Source: Schizochytrium sp. TIO01 (lineage: Eukaryota; Protista; Bigyra: Labyrinthulomycetes). Taken from it: a DNA stretch of 64,000 nt. Made by a program: the position numbers and the translations under genes. Numbering within the stretch: position 1 is the first letter of the stretch; the number at the start of each line of letters is the position of its first letter. Shown in pieces: positions 35,041 to 48,146 of the stretch. The notes beneath the pieces were generated by a model. It made no database searches, was not told the DNA's origin, and saw only the letters and a list, made by a program, of their open reading frames with translations. The stretch covers positions 1,278,747-1,342,746 of the forward strand of contig SMSO01000037.1 of the NCBI GenBank assembly GCA_004764695.1, in the 5' to 3' direction.

Positions 35041-38000
35041 ATGGAGGCCGAGATAGGGCACTCCGTGGAGGTCAAGTCGGAGAGCCCAAGGTCCTCGGGC
35101 GCGTCGTCTCCATTGACCTTTGGTGCTGCAATGGATAGTCTCGATGATGGCAACAAGACGGAGTGGCACGATGGCGAGGCTCATACCTCTCAGCGACAAG
35201 AGCTACAACAAGAGCATCTTCATCTTGATAAGAATGATGTGGCTGACCCGAGGGCGCAGGACGTGTCTGCACAGCTAGAGATCCTGGAACCGACACCTTT
35301 AGAGCTCAAGAGCGGAGTGTGGAAGATGGTGGTTCGTGTGATCGCGCTGCGAGGTCTGGCTAAAGACACTCTTGCCAAGCATGTCTTCTGCAAGCTCTCC
35401 TTGAACAACACAATGTATAAAACAGCGACAAGCAAAGTCGTTGAGGATGACCATGGTAAGTAAGAGTTAGGCCTCGATGGGGAAATACAAAGAAATTAAT
35501 CAACCAATACACACGACCAAAAGATCTGATCATCGATACGCTTACATCAAGGTGTGATTCTTCAGTGTTTCGTATGTGGATGCAAGTGCTTGTATATGAA
35601 GCGCCTTTCAGTCTGGTATTCACGTAAAATTGAGAATAATTCTTGCCCGGCCCAGCGCCGGCATCGATGGCATTGGATACGGGTCAATAGCTCGGTACAA
35701 CACCTTTTGGTAGAGTGAGAGAAACACTTTGGGATGGAAAATGGCAGATGATGACTAATGCAGAAGCTTGCGGTTTCTTTGTCTTATATACAATCTTGGT
35801 CGTTGAAAATTTTCGCAACTGTTTGAGGATTGACAGGTCTAGGCGTAGTTACCTTTATAGGTCAAACATACCGGGATTGGCCAATTTGCAGGCCCTCACA
35901 ACTCAGCTTTGATGACCTCTTGGTGGTTCGTGTCAAATTATTGGGCAGCTTCGGTCGGCCCACACCTGCTGGCGTCGTCACGATCTCAGTGCGCTCTGTT
36001 TCAGAGCTGGGAGTACCAGAAAGTCGCGCGTGGTTTCCACTTTCACCCTATGAAAAGATGAAAGAGGCACAAGGCGATATCTGTCTTGGAATCTATTGGA
36101 CAAAAGACCCCGTCGAGGAACTTATGTCTCCACAAGTTTATGAATCTAACTCTTCGCCCGGCGATATTTCCCCAAAACTACCCGTGAGCCCATCTGGACG
36201 ATCGCGAAAGTCTTCCCGGTCTAGCCGAAGTGGGATGGCGTTTCCTATTCCAAGCATGACTTCCCCACCTACTATTTCTAGACTTAAGCACGTGCTTGGC
36301 ATCACGCATAAAACACAAGAGGAGATCATTCGCTCGGGTGCGAGTTCTCAGGGGCTGACTCTCCAAGCAGAAGGTGTCCAAATCGAAGGTGAATGGAGGA
36401 ACGTACCACTGCGTGATATTGACATGGAGGAAGATAAGGCAAGGGACGTGATGGTTTATGAAACAACAGACACCGCCTTTGCAGCTAACAGAACCCGCAA
36501 CCTTGTTATTTCAACGAATGAGGAGGGTCTTGAACAAGATGAGCCCCAGAACAGTGATCACTTTATCCTTAAACCTCGTAGCATGGTTGGCTCAGATGTA
36601 ACCTCACGATCGTCTTTGGAGCTACGAGAAAATCTCGCTGTTCCACCACCGCAGATCGCGGAAAGTCGCCGTCCAGTGTTAATGTTGGAAATTATCGAGG
36701 GCCGGGGTCTCCTTGCAGCAGATGCGAATGGTCTCTCAGATCCTTATTGTATTATAAAGTTCAAGAATGCCAAAAGAAAAACAAAGATCATCTCGCGCAG
36801 CCTTACACCCCATTGGGGAGAGACAATAATCTTCGGTGGAGATGATCATCCGAAGGAGCTTGTATCTTTGGATGATCTTGTTACAATTATCGTTAAAGAT
36901 CATGATATTGTCGGGTTTGATGACGACCTCGGTCGCGTTGACCTCCCTTTGTGGGCAATTGTGTCACACCATCATGGAGAAGATGATGACGAAGATGAAC
37001 TAGATGAGGCTATGACCTATAAGTCTTCTCAGAAGTCAGTTTCACGTCAGCTGGGGACGGTCGAACAATCGGACTCGTCTGATGAAGAGAATAGCGACGA
37101 CGAGAGTCCATCATTGCCAAGCCCTCCCCACCTCGGGCCCAAGGGAAAGAGTGGGCTTAGACTATCGCGGGTGCCAAAGACGGGAAAACAGCCTCATGAA
37201 GACGGTGGCGTTAGCGACGAAGAACTCAGCGGTGATGAAGAAGAGGACAACGTTAGTGATGAGGAAGACATGGATGCTTTTGACACAGGTCGCTTTGATG
37301 TTACTGGCGAACCACTGCAATCGAGTGAGTTTAAACGACCAGAAAGCCCAAGATCTGTGTTATCATCAGGTTCAACAAAGTCCGAGAGGTCACTCGTCTC
37401 ACATCGCTCAACACGGTCTCTTTTCAACCTTAATCCGACGCGGAACAAGGTTGATATGAGTGACACAGGTTCCGCAACACCGCCACGACCGCCGCACGCG
37501 CGTTTTCGTAGGTTTCAATCCATTAATGCTCATGTTGTCAACACCAAACCCAAATGGTACTCATTGCACTGTAGCCCTGGAATGACGACTGTGCGTGGTG
37601 AAATTAAGGTGCGCATTTCCTATTTTGGCGGCACAGCTGATGGCGATACATTGAATGAATTTGCACGGATATCACGTCTTCCAACGCGTGACACCAATAT
37701 AAAGGGATCTGTAAAACACCTGCTTTCGCGGGATTCCCAGTTCGAAGAAAGCTTCGATCAGTGTAACAAGGAGAAACCCTCTCAATACTCCAGTGTCCAA
37801 ACCTTATTGCACATTCGTGTAATTCAGGCAAGAAATATACTTGCTGCTGATGCCAATGGAAAAAGTGACCCTTATGCAATTGTGTCAGTACGAGACTCAT
37901 CAAGGCGTACGCCTATCATGCGCCGTACCCTAAACCCGGTCTGGAATGTCCAATTCGAATTCGGAAAGAGCAGAGAGGTTCTTACAGAGCTGGACGAAAT

Positions 38001-41000
38001 TCGTATCAGTTTGAAAGATCATGATCGTATCACGCGAGACGATGATCTTGGTTTTCTCACAATTCCTATATGGAGTATCATAGGCAGTGAGAGTGGCGCA
38101 GTTTGGTACTCCCTCAAACATAAGAGCTGTATTCCGCGATACAACAAAGCAAATGATACAATTCAGATCAAAGTTAAAGACAAGGCACCACAAAACCTTG
38201 GAGAAATTCAATTGCAGATTTCTTATATTGTTACTAACCTTGCTGTAGAAAGGCCACTTGGAGTACCCGGACTGGACCCGAAAGGGATGCCTCTTCTGAC
38301 AGAGACAACTACCCGCGACGTACTTGATACAGTAGCGAGAGCGAAGCAAGCCCAGTATAAACTTTACAATGGAAAAATCTGGTTTTTTAAAATGAACGTT
38401 ACCGTGATTGGGGCTACAGACCTTCCGGTGACAGACGATCGGGGCACGAGCACAACTTTTGCAACCATCACTTGCGCGAAGGAGACCAAAAAGACTAAGA
38501 CAGTTAAGGGGACATCTAACCCAACCTATAAGGACCGTTTTGAGTTTTCGGAATCTAGCATTCCAGGGGCTTTGGGTGTAAGCCGACAAGATCGAATTCT
38601 TGTGACTATCCGGAGCCCGTCCAGTAGCTCATCTGCAGAAAAAGAACGATGCGCTGCTCAGGAAGGCGGCAAAGACAAAATTGGAGGTCAAATTATCGCC
38701 GTGACTACAATTGATGTTGGTTTCCTTATTGACAAAATGGGCTACATTGATAGAGATGGAATGCAGGTGCATGGTTCCTTTGACCTTGAAACACTTGATC
38801 ATGTTTCCATGGGACCTATGGAAGACATACGGCGGGTTTTAATAAAGGGGACAAGTTCAGAGACACCACAACAGAGCGAGACTAAAAAACCGCAGGGTAA
38901 ACCACGTGTAAGACTGGCTATCGAACTGCACCCTAAAGCAGAATCTCGTTTGATGTCTCAGGAAAAGCTTATCGTGCGTGTAAATCGTGCCAAAGGTTTG
39001 GATGAGTCCTCAAGACAGAAGACTCAGAGAAACATTTTCGTCCGTGCTGTGGTTGGCCCGAATCAACTTGAAACTAGCGTAAGTAAGATGATTCACGGAC
39101 ATGTGGTGGTTCATGAAGACCTTTACTTTAGTGATCTCGATGCCGAAGAGCTATGTGAAATGCTTCACATATTTGTTTGTCTGGAAGATACTGGAGAGCC
39201 TATCGCACACTTTAGTTATCCACTCGAGGAAGTTCGAAAAGAATCTGGAACCGCAATTCAGGGCTGGTTTATGTTGGATTTCATCTCGGACGAATATGTG
39301 AGTTCCATGCTTCAACGCCCGAAAGTCCATTCGGAGACTGGGGGTAGGGATAACTTTGCTCGCCTTAGTGTAGATCAAGCAGAAATACACTTGTCTGTTC
39401 GACTGGTGAATGTCATGGAGTTCATCAAACCAACTCTAGGTTACGTCGAAATGAATCTATTAAAACTGAAGATGGATACCAACGATTTCAACTACAATTT
39501 GCGTTGTGTTATCAAGCATAAAGGCAAGCAAATGTTGACGCAGACTTTTCCGGGCGTCGTAAACGTGATCTTTGATCCTGATGATTGTTACTTTCGTTTT
39601 CCTGTGCGAGACATGTTCGCGCCAATCACGATTGAAGTATGGAATGTCCCACTGCCAAGCTTGGGTCTTGGAGGTAAAACATTAAAGTTGATGGGCTCGG
39701 CTACTGTTGGCCTGAATGATCTGATTGAGTTAGAGGCTTGCACTGTATTCAATCATCCGCATTTAGGCGAGCCCGCAAGACTGGAACCAATTAAACTAGT
39801 GATCAAGGATTCTCGCGACAAGAAGCAAGGAAGCCTCCGTCTTGCTATGCACTTTCAGGAGAATCTCATGGGGGGATCCTTAGCTACTCATGCAAATCCT
39901 TCTCGGCATAAGGAGAAGCCGTTTTCTGTGTCTAATTTGCGGCACGAAGTGCAACGTACCATCGCATTGTTCAACAGTTTTACCAGCATTTTTGGGGCAA
40001 TCAACTTCGTATTGAATTGGAAGCACGCACCCACCAGTGCGATGTGCCTTATGATTCTTGTACTTGCGTGCGTTCTTGACTTTTGGACATCTCGTATTCT
40101 AGCGGTATTTCCATTTGTTGCGTTAGTCTTCATCATCCATAGACATACAGACCGGACATATGGACGTTTTGCGTCAAAGCTCTTACAAAAGTCCGGCGTT
40201 GGTGAGAAAGACACAAAGGCCAGGCTACTTGTTACCGTAATCGCGGGACGGAACCTCATTGCTATGGACGATAATGGCAAAAGCGATCCCTTGGTGAATA
40301 TTTCTGTAATGAAATCGGTGGCTGGGAAACCGATTGAGCGAAAGCTCGGACGAACACGCACAATATACAAAACCTTAAATCCAGATTGGGGAGCCTCTAT
40401 CATTGGTTTCAAAGCAAATGTAGGTAGTTCCTTAATCCAATGGCGTAGTTCTCGAGATGGAACTCGCGTCCCTGCAGTGGAAACTTTTATAAATCGTGAT
40501 GTTCTCCAACAACCCGAACTTGTCGTTCGTGTTGTAGGCACTCGTGGGATTGCTCGTGGTTATCTACCTGAACCACACTTCAGCGGTGACCGTAGCTTCC
40601 AAGTTACAATGCGAGTTGTGCCAATGTCTCTTCTGCAAGAACATCGTCAGAACATTCGCTCAAAGAGCCTCGAGTCGCCTACTTCACCTTTGAGCTTTGG
40701 GAATTATGGATGGCATCATCATCGCCAAAGGCGTCGCTCATCAATTTCTTCGGTGCGTAGTGAAGAGACAGACACCCAAGAATTCACTGACGACAATAAC
40801 GATATGATAGCAAATGTCCCTAGCCTGTACAGGCGAAGTAGTAGTTCCAGCACTGATGCAGCGAGTGGTGGGATGTCTATGAGCTCAGCATCCACAATGG
40901 GAGCTGCATACGACTTATACCGTAATGTCTCTATCGACGAGACTCCATCGAATGCAGATGTAGCCGAAAAGGGGTGGCTTCCAAACTACCAAAAGGAGAA

Positions 41001-43380
41001 TGAGCGAAGTGATGCAGAAATTCAACACGTCCTTAAAGAAACTGTGCTTACACCGTTGGAAAAGAAACTACTCCATGACATTATTGCCCACCAAGAAGGA
41101 AACTTATCTCGTGAATGTTCGACCAGTCCTGTGCGTGCTTTCTTAAACCCGAAATGGAATGAACGAATGCGAATTGGGCAGGAATTTGTGATTGATTGTG
41201 GCGATATTGCCGTCCTTACAGTAAAGACAAGTAGCGCCCCGGACCGTCCCAAAGCATCTGGGATGGAAGATGTTGCATATGCTTTTATTCCGCTGAAAGC
41301 ACTAGAAAATGCAGGTAATGACCTCAATCATTGGTTTAAGTTAGAGAATCTTGAAGACGATGAGATATCACACCATCAGCACGCTGAGCAGCAAAGCTTG
41401 CATGCTGATAGTGTAGGTGATATGGGCTTTGATCAGGGACAAGATAGTGCACTCACTCGATGGACGCATGTCGGCGATATACTGCTTTCTGTCTCTCTAC
41501 GAGGGGTTCAGCAAACACCTCGGGATCCCAAGCTTGGTACCGAAGGTCTCACAGGGAGTTGGTCTAAGCGTGCTGCTCCCTTTCCTGCTCAAAAGAAAGT
41601 TGTGCGTCGGGCATCGGAGAATGACGGTATTATAAAGGTGACGACTGGAACAGATCGTGTCTTCTCAGCTGAACCTTGGAGCGGCGTCCAAACAACATTA
41701 GTATTTGATGTGTTTGATGAAGACAATTACACTCATCGTGATTTTATTGGTAGAGCGCGAATCCCCCTCTCCTCTCTAGTTGCAGACGATAGCGCAAATG
41801 AGCAGCCGATTCTCGAAAAATGGGTTCCTTTGGGACTTCGCTTTGACAGCAGCAAGGCAGATCGTCAATTGTGGTCTTGCGCCCAAGGTCGACGCTATCC
41901 TACTTCATCTTCCACCACCTTTTCACGCGCTATAAAAGCTGGATCACGAGCTTCGTCACGAGTAAACCGAAGCTCCTTAACGTCAGGTCTTCTCAAGGCA
42001 CCTCTGACAAGGCTTCGAATGACACTAAATGCTCGAAAGGCTTCAGCGGATAGCGAGGATAGCGTCGAACGGGCGCGGATGAACTCGATGGAGTCCAATA
42101 CCTCTTTGACAGAAAGCGATGACGAGATATCACGTATTGATTCAGGCACTTCGGTAATCGAGAATCGTGAGCCTCAACGAATGACACGTGAAAACACTGA
42201 TTTGAATTTCCAATGGCAACAACGCGGAGCTCCTTTTGGGGAAATTCTTATTCGTGCTCAGCTCATGCTACCTGATCCTGGTGCAGAAGAAGCTTATCAA
42301 GCAGCAGAAGAAGCCAAAAAGGCCGATAAAGGTGGTATCATTGAACAATCACGGGTAGTGTTCAAGAATCTGCAGATTTTTCAAAATTACCTTTTCGGTA
42401 TTAACAATTCCCTTGAGCAATTCCGCAATCTCTTTAACTGGACACACCCCCGCAAAACTCATTTCCTCATGAAGTTGATGCTGGGCCTCTTCCTTTTGCT
42501 CGTTCTCGTACCGTCTCGGTTTATCATTTTGTTTCTTGGAATTTTTCTTTTTACGGAACGCTTTCGGCCGCTGGGAATCTTTGTCATTAAGTTCAAGCAC
42601 ATGGCGGCCCTCGTTCCAACAAATGATGATCTCGTTGAGTTGTACACCAAGGGCCCGTTATTAGGTGCTCTTGGGTATTCAAAGGGTGGCTCTGCAAATG
42701 ATTATCTTCCTGAGAATGAACGTTCTGAAAGCAGCGAGATTTCTAAAATTTCAGGAAGTCGATTCTACCAAGGGATGCGAGATCGTTACCTCGCGTTCGG
42801 TGGTCTACGGAATCAAGTCATGCAAACGAGATCACGTGAGGCGCAGGAAAGTAAGCTCATAATTTCAGAATCTGACTGCAAGGCGTATGGCCACTTACGT
42901 TTACTGCAGCGAGGACGTAGTAAACAGTGGCGCCGCTATTACTTTGCTATTGCTCACCACCAGCTCATGTTTTGGATAGACAAAGATGACATGCTAGTGC
43001 GGGTGGCACAAGGTGGCTTTGGGGAACTTCTCGAAGTATCTTCTGTCCTACCGAACTCTCGCGATGCCCAGTTCCTCGCGCGGAAGGGTATTGTTGGAGG
43101 AACTTTGGATTGTACATTTGTTATTGAGCACCCAGAGCGCTACAAGCTTCGTTCAGACGACTTACAAGATTCTAGTGCACAAGAGAGCAGCGAAGATGAC
43201 ATACTTTCTACCACAAGTAGAGCGCTTTCAGAACTCACCCAAAATCAACTTGGCAAGCGTATTCGAACGTATCTTGTCGCAAATAACATTGCTAAAAAGG
43301 AATACTGGATTCAAAATCTACAACGTTATTGTCTCCAGAACCCAAACATGACTAAATCTAAGATCGCTGGGATGTTATAA
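35041..43380 (+). CDS. Multiple-C2 and transmembrane protein (MCTP-like) with a PRT_C region and a C-terminal PH-like domain; exons 35041-35455 and 35837-43380
   Basis: Ca2+-type C2 motifs EGRGLLAADANGLSDPYC, QARNILAADANGKSDPYA, AGRNLIAMDDNGKSDPLV and DHD..DDDLG. MCTP-type hydrophobic segments follow VLNWKHAP and LEQFRNLFNWTHPRKT. PH-like motifs GHLRLL..KQWRRYYFAI and KKEYWIQNL. Confidence 0.88.
35456..35836 (+). other. Spliceosomal intron (phase 1) in the multi-C2 gene
   Basis: GTAAGT donor at 35456, GACTAAT branch-like site near 35752, ACAG acceptor ending at 35836. Splicing joins ORF 34975-35463 to ORF 35830-43380 in frame and completes the first C2 domain. Confidence 0.8.
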
Positions 43381-43565
43381 AGTACTACGTTCGCTTTCTT
43401 TAAATTCCTCCTGCAAATCTCGGTTCTGTGAAAATAATCGCCCAGGGTTTTTGTGATAAAGTAAGTGTATGTAAATGTAAATCATCTTTCAGAAGTATTC
43501 TTTAGCTATTACTCTAGGTTTCATCAGCACAAAGGCTCAAATTCTTCTAATTTAATATTCAACAA

Positions 43566-46500
43566 TCACTTGACTGTTGAAGTTGAAGCCGAATTTTTAA
43601 ATAAGGCTTGGTGAAGATTGGCAGCACTGTTTCGCAGATATGTTCGTTCCATATCCTCACCTCCCAGTTCACGGAGCTTCTCCAACATCATGAATTTGTC
43701 CATCTCCTGGTTTGCAAGAAGTAAGAGCAAACGAGCGTTATCTTCACGCAGCGCACGACTTGCGCTTTCAGATGTATCCTTGGCGACAATGTCTTCTAGA
43801 GATTTAGATTCGTGCGAACGACGTTTCAGAAGCTCTCGCTTTGATTCAAGTTCTGAATTTGAACTTAAGCTTTCATCAAGGATCTGAGCCGCCATCTCAT
43901 ACTCTGCAAAAGCTGCGGCAAGATCAGCAGCGGTGATAAGCCAATTTTCATAATCTACACCATGGACACCAATTGTTTGGGCTGCCTTGGCTAGCAGGGG
44001 TAAACTGGCGATCGCAGAGGAAGGTCCCTCATCACGTATTCCATCTAAAGCTCCTCGGAGAAATGAAATACCAACTCTATTTGTCACAATTGCATCAACG
44101 TCGCTCTCAATGACATGTTCAGGAGCTGACTTGAGTGCGCGTAGCTCTTCCTTCGCACTCTGCAGCTGTGCACGAAGTTCTTCATTTGATGAGTTGTTAT
44201 GGTCCACAACTTCAGCTTGAGCTTTGCTCAATTCATCAGAAATGACGTGCTGTTGTTGTTGTTGTTGCTGCTGCTGCTGCGTTTTCCGCGCATCCTCAAG
44301 CTCCTGGGACTGCTTAGCGCATTGATTGCGAAGCTGCTGCAGCTCATTTTGAAGGTTGTCCTTGTCTTGCTGTAGGTTGTCAATAGTTCTCTGCATATTT
44401 TTAATCTCTTGCGCATCAAGGACACCTTCGCCATTCGTGCCATCAAGGTTATGAGCTTTGACTACCTTGCGCAGCTGGCCAATTTCTTTATCTTGCATGC
44501 GAATTATTTCTTTGTACTGCTCCCCAACTCGAACTAGATTCTCGTACTTTTCATGCAATATAGTGGGGTCCTCTGGACTCATCGGTTGTGCGCTATTAGA
44601 ACTCCCGGAACCTGTTTTTGTATATAGATTTATGATAGTTTCTTGAATGAGTGAGGCATTACGCTGCACTTGGTCAAAGAATCGTTTATCGTAACGCGGG
44701 ATCTGCAGAAGATCAATTTCCGTAGCAGTAGGGTGATTATGCAATCGCTGTTCGTGTTGTTGCCTTTGCTTTCGAGCACGCTTCGATAAACCAGCAAGTT
44801 TAAGCTCAGGCGACCGTTCTAGCCTAGAGATTCTATCAGAAAAGACCTCAAAACCAATACGACCCGAAATGAGATTGAGTACATCACTCCGAATCTTCGT
44901 GTTTTCAACAGCACAAAGACTTAGGCCAACGCAGAGAGCGGCAAGCCCTTCAATATCAATATCTGCCTCCTTCTGCTTCCCATTTACAGCCGCACTTGAC
45001 CGAGACAACGAGCTACCAGCAACAGCATCAAAAAGAACAAGGCTCGTTGACGACCCAAGTAGCTTTTCGGCAACTATTGCGCATCCATCAATCCAAAGAG
45101 CAAAGAGACGAAACAGCGCCACAATGCATGTCTTCAATCTAGGCCTTTGCAATTGACCATACGAACGTAGAGACTGTGCTAGGTCTCGCACATACAAGTC
45201 GAAAAATTCGCCCTCTTCCAAATCGCACCCTGAGGTGTTGGAGATTTGATCTGTTCTTGACTGGGATGCGGCGGCTGCCATCAAAGGAGACAAGGTTCGC
45301 TTAAAGCCGGCTCGTGGAGCTCCTGCAGGAATACGAAGTGCAAGTTCTTGGCATGTTGAATTATCCCGAATCAGCGTTTCAAGTAAGCGTCCCGCTCGAC
45401 CGTGTACAACGCTGGCTTCAAACTCCTGGTTTTCCTTGTCTTGCAAATTGAGCGGGTCTGAATCACTCGAAGCAGCCTGCGCAGCAGTTGCTGAAGATAT
45501 TGTAAGCACTGTGGCATCCGAAAGGGTTTCAGCAAGAAGTCGCCCAGCCGGGGGTGCAATCAGAGATGTAAACCGTTCATCTGTGACCGACTCAGGCGGT
45601 GGAGTAAGCGCGTGACCAACAACACTGATTTGAACAGTTGGATTGTTATAAAGTAGGCATTCAAAAAAATAGCTAGCTGCAGCTTTTTCTTCAACAGTTG
45701 CAGCGTGGAGAGCTAAGAGAGTGGCTCCACAAGCCACAGTTGCCCGGGTTGTAAGACGTTCCTCTTTCGGGAACTCCTGCGTTTCATGATTTCTTGCAGC
45801 TTCGTGAAGTTGAAGCGCAATAGCGGCTGCTGATGATAAAGCGCTGTTGACTGGCGCAACGACCTGCATGTGTAATATTTGAGCAGCGACAGCCTCATTC
45901 TCGCAAACAATATCACCCAGAAGGTAAAATGCTTGCTGTCGAAGTTCGCCCCATGTAACCATAGAGTCTAAGTCGTCTATTGAGTCGCTCCCGAAACTAT
46001 TGTATCGTAGCCGTTCAGGTATGTCTGTCGGAAGACCAACTGCAATCTGAGCTAGCGCTTCAACAACTCCAAGGCAGCTGCCCACCGTCGCTTGCATGTC
46101 ACGAAGCTGAGCAACGTGCCTACGACGAATCTCATCCTCATCTGGTGGTGGTGGTTGACCTTTTTTAGTGTCACCAGAACCACCTTTGGTATTTTTCCCA
46201 GCACTATCCTGTTGTATTTGCTGTTGTTGACGGCGATGTCGCTGAAGTACAGATGCAAAAACGTCATCAGGCCTAGATGTAGGGAACACATAATCGCCGT
46301 CAGGGTCAAACCAAGGCTGGTCTAGAATAGGCTCGGGGCAAAGACCTGATACAAGGTTTGCAAGAAGCTCCATAGCCTGGCGCATATAGTGTAATCTTAC
46401 TGGACTACAATCCGTATTAATCTCGCCAGTACTGTGTGGCGTTGCAGGCTCATCCTCGGGCATGCCAAAGCCATTTGTCTCGCCATCAATGATGGCTTCA

Positions 46501-47411
46501 TGATCTGATGCGTGAGGGTTGCTCACCCTTGGCAGCGCGAGAACACCTTCCAGGCGCGAAACGAAACCACTTTGCGCGAACAGCTTTTGTGTCAAAGGAT
46601 TGCCTCGAAGAACCCAGTTCATGATTGTAAGGCAATCAACAACAATCATATCATTATCATACTGTTGCTCAATATCAATAATTTGGAACAGTTTCGCAAA
46701 GCCGTCCCTAAATGCGACGAAGTTCTGCAGTTGTTCATTATTCTCTGTCAGTGATCTCAGCAGTAGGAGCATTTCATTTCGCACAACCTCTTCACTCGCG
46801 TCCAGAACGTCAACTAATCTTTGCATTCCCGCAGGTGTTGTCTCTACTGCCTTCTCCATCTGTTGCGGGCGATTGTTTCTCAATGTCGTCAGCAGCTGAA
46901 TCGTCGCTAGCCGAGTCCACTGCTCTGGCACTACAAGGGCCTCCAAGAGGCTCTCAAACCATGCTTTGTTCTCCAAAATTCGGTCTGTATTTTCCAACGG
47001 CGCCTGCAACCATGTAAAATTTACAGCACCATTCCCGCTGAGTGTACCAGGTGTGTGTTCAGACCCTAAGATTGTATCTCCATCGGCTGGGGTCTGTGTT
47101 TCACAGGCCTCGTTGAGAACCTCCAAGATCGTTTGCTTGACCTCCTCCTCGAGACCGTCCTCCATAACGAGCTCGAAGAAAGCCTCGAAATTTGCTCCAA
47201 GAGCATCTTTACCGACCCCTTGGCTACCTCCAGAGGCTGAGGCGCTCAAGCTTGCTGTTGCAACTTGGCGGGACGGACCTCCGAAGGCCAAGTCCTTGAG
47301 AACATTTGCCGCGTCGATCTTTTCAGCTTCCGTCGTCGCGAGGCGAATGCTGCGTACTGCCGCGGCAACCTTGGCAGCGCCGTCTTCGGCCCTCACACCG
47401 AATAAATCCAT
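43566..47411 (-). CDS. USO1: General vesicular transport factor p115 / Uso1
   Basis: Armadillo head motif GMQRLVDVLDASEEVVRNEMLLLLRSLT..NEQLQNFVAF.DGFAKLFQII..E...IVVDCL, a coiled-coil tail, and the C-terminal LLLLLANQE...EKLRELG motif typical of p115. First ATG is at 47411. Confidence 0.88.
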   Translation of the reverse strand: MDLFGVRAEDGAAKVAAAVRSIRLATTEAEKIDAANVLKDLAFGGPSRQVATASLSASASGGSQGVGKDALGANFEAFFELVMEDGLEEEVKQTILEVLNEACETQTPADGDTILGSEHTPGTLSGNGAVNFTWLQAPLENTDRILENKAWFESLLEALVVPEQWTRLATIQLLTTLRNNRPQQMEKAVETTPAGMQRLVDVLDASEEVVRNEMLLLLRSLTENNEQLQNFVAFRDGFAKLFQIIDIEQQYDNDMIVVDCLTIMNWVLRGNPLTQKLFAQSGFVSRLEGVLALPRVSNPHASDHEAIIDGETNGFGMPEDEPATPHSTGEINTDCSPVRLHYMRQAMELLANLVSGLCPEPILDQPWFDPDGDYVFPTSRPDDVFASVLQRHRRQQQQIQQDSAGKNTKGGSGDTKKGQPPPPDEDEIRRRHVAQLRDMQATVGSCLGVVEALAQIAVGLPTDIPERLRYNSFGSDSIDDLDSMVTWGELRQQAFYLLGDIVCENEAVAAQILHMQVVAPVNSALSSAAAIALQLHEAARNHETQEFPKEERLTTRATVACGATLLALHAATVEEKAAASYFFECLLYNNPTVQISVVGHALTPPPESVTDERFTSLIAPPAGRLLAETLSDATVLTISSATAAQAASSDSDPLNLQDKENQEFEASVVHGRAGRLLETLIRDNSTCQELALRIPAGAPRAGFKRTLSPLMAAAASQSRTDQISNTSGCDLEEGEFFDLYVRDLAQSLRSYGQLQRPRLKTCIVALFRLFALWIDGCAIVAEKLLGSSTSLVLFDAVAGSSLSRSSAAVNGKQKEADIDIEGLAALCVGLSLCAVENTKIRSDVLNLISGRIGFEVFSDRISRLERSPELKLAGLSKRARKQRQQHEQRLHNHPTATEIDLLQIPRYDKRFFDQVQRNASLIQETIINLYTKTGSGSSNSAQPMSPEDPTILHEKYENLVRVGEQYKEIIRMQDKEIGQLRKVVKAHNLDGTNGEGVLDAQEIKNMQRTIDNLQQDKDNLQNELQQLRNQCAKQSQELEDARKTQQQQQQQQQQHVISDELSKAQAEVVDHNNSSNEELRAQLQSAKEELRALKSAPEHVIESDVDAIVTNRVGISFLRGALDGIRDEGPSSAIASLPLLAKAAQTIGVHGVDYENWLITAADLAAAFAEYEMAAQILDESLSSNSELESKRELLKRRSHESKSLEDIVAKDTSESASRALREDNARLLLLLANQEMDKFMMLEKLRELGGEDMERTYLRNSAANLHQALFKNSASTSTVK

Positions 47412-48146
47412 AGCGACTGGAAAATTTGCAACTTGGTTTTCAGATTTGTGCAAAAAGTTGACTCCACACCGCAGATGCCCTCGTGGTAGTTATTGAAATC
47501 TTTCACATTGAACTACATTCACTTTGAAAAGAGGTATTAATACGCTGAGTTGTATTGAATAAAATGTATATTAATATGCTGACTATTCTGTGTAGGTTAG
47601 TATAGGAAGGGAAAATCTCTAGGCCATACATGGACATGGGCCGATTATGCGCAGGTTTTGATAGAAATTATAATGTCATTAAAAGATATTTGGCGAAACT
47701 ACGGATATGACTTGTATAGTAAGGCACTGAATTAGTCCAAACAAGTACCTAGCTTAAGGGTTGCAATAGTCTATCGCATTTGCAGAAAATCTGGCAATGT
47801 AAAGGAAAACATAGCGTCTCCAGTACGAAAAGTCTCCCATCTTGGTGATACTTATCAAAAGGAATCAATTTGGTCCTCATTCTTTAAGGCATGTCATTAC
47901 ATGTTAAATGAATCCTTGCATGTTACAAGTTTAAGGAAAAATCAGAAAATAAACAGAGTAACAATTAAGTTGGACAGTTACGAGCAGAACGACTTTGATT
48001 CTAGTATCGATAAATGAAATTGAGGAAGAATATCAGTCTGAGTGAAACCAGTAAAAATAAGAAAGAAGAATCACAAAGAGAAGTCGGTCAGGCAATCAAT
48101 ATTGAAGAGTTGCTTTGGTGAAAAGAATCTACATATAGCGCACTGC

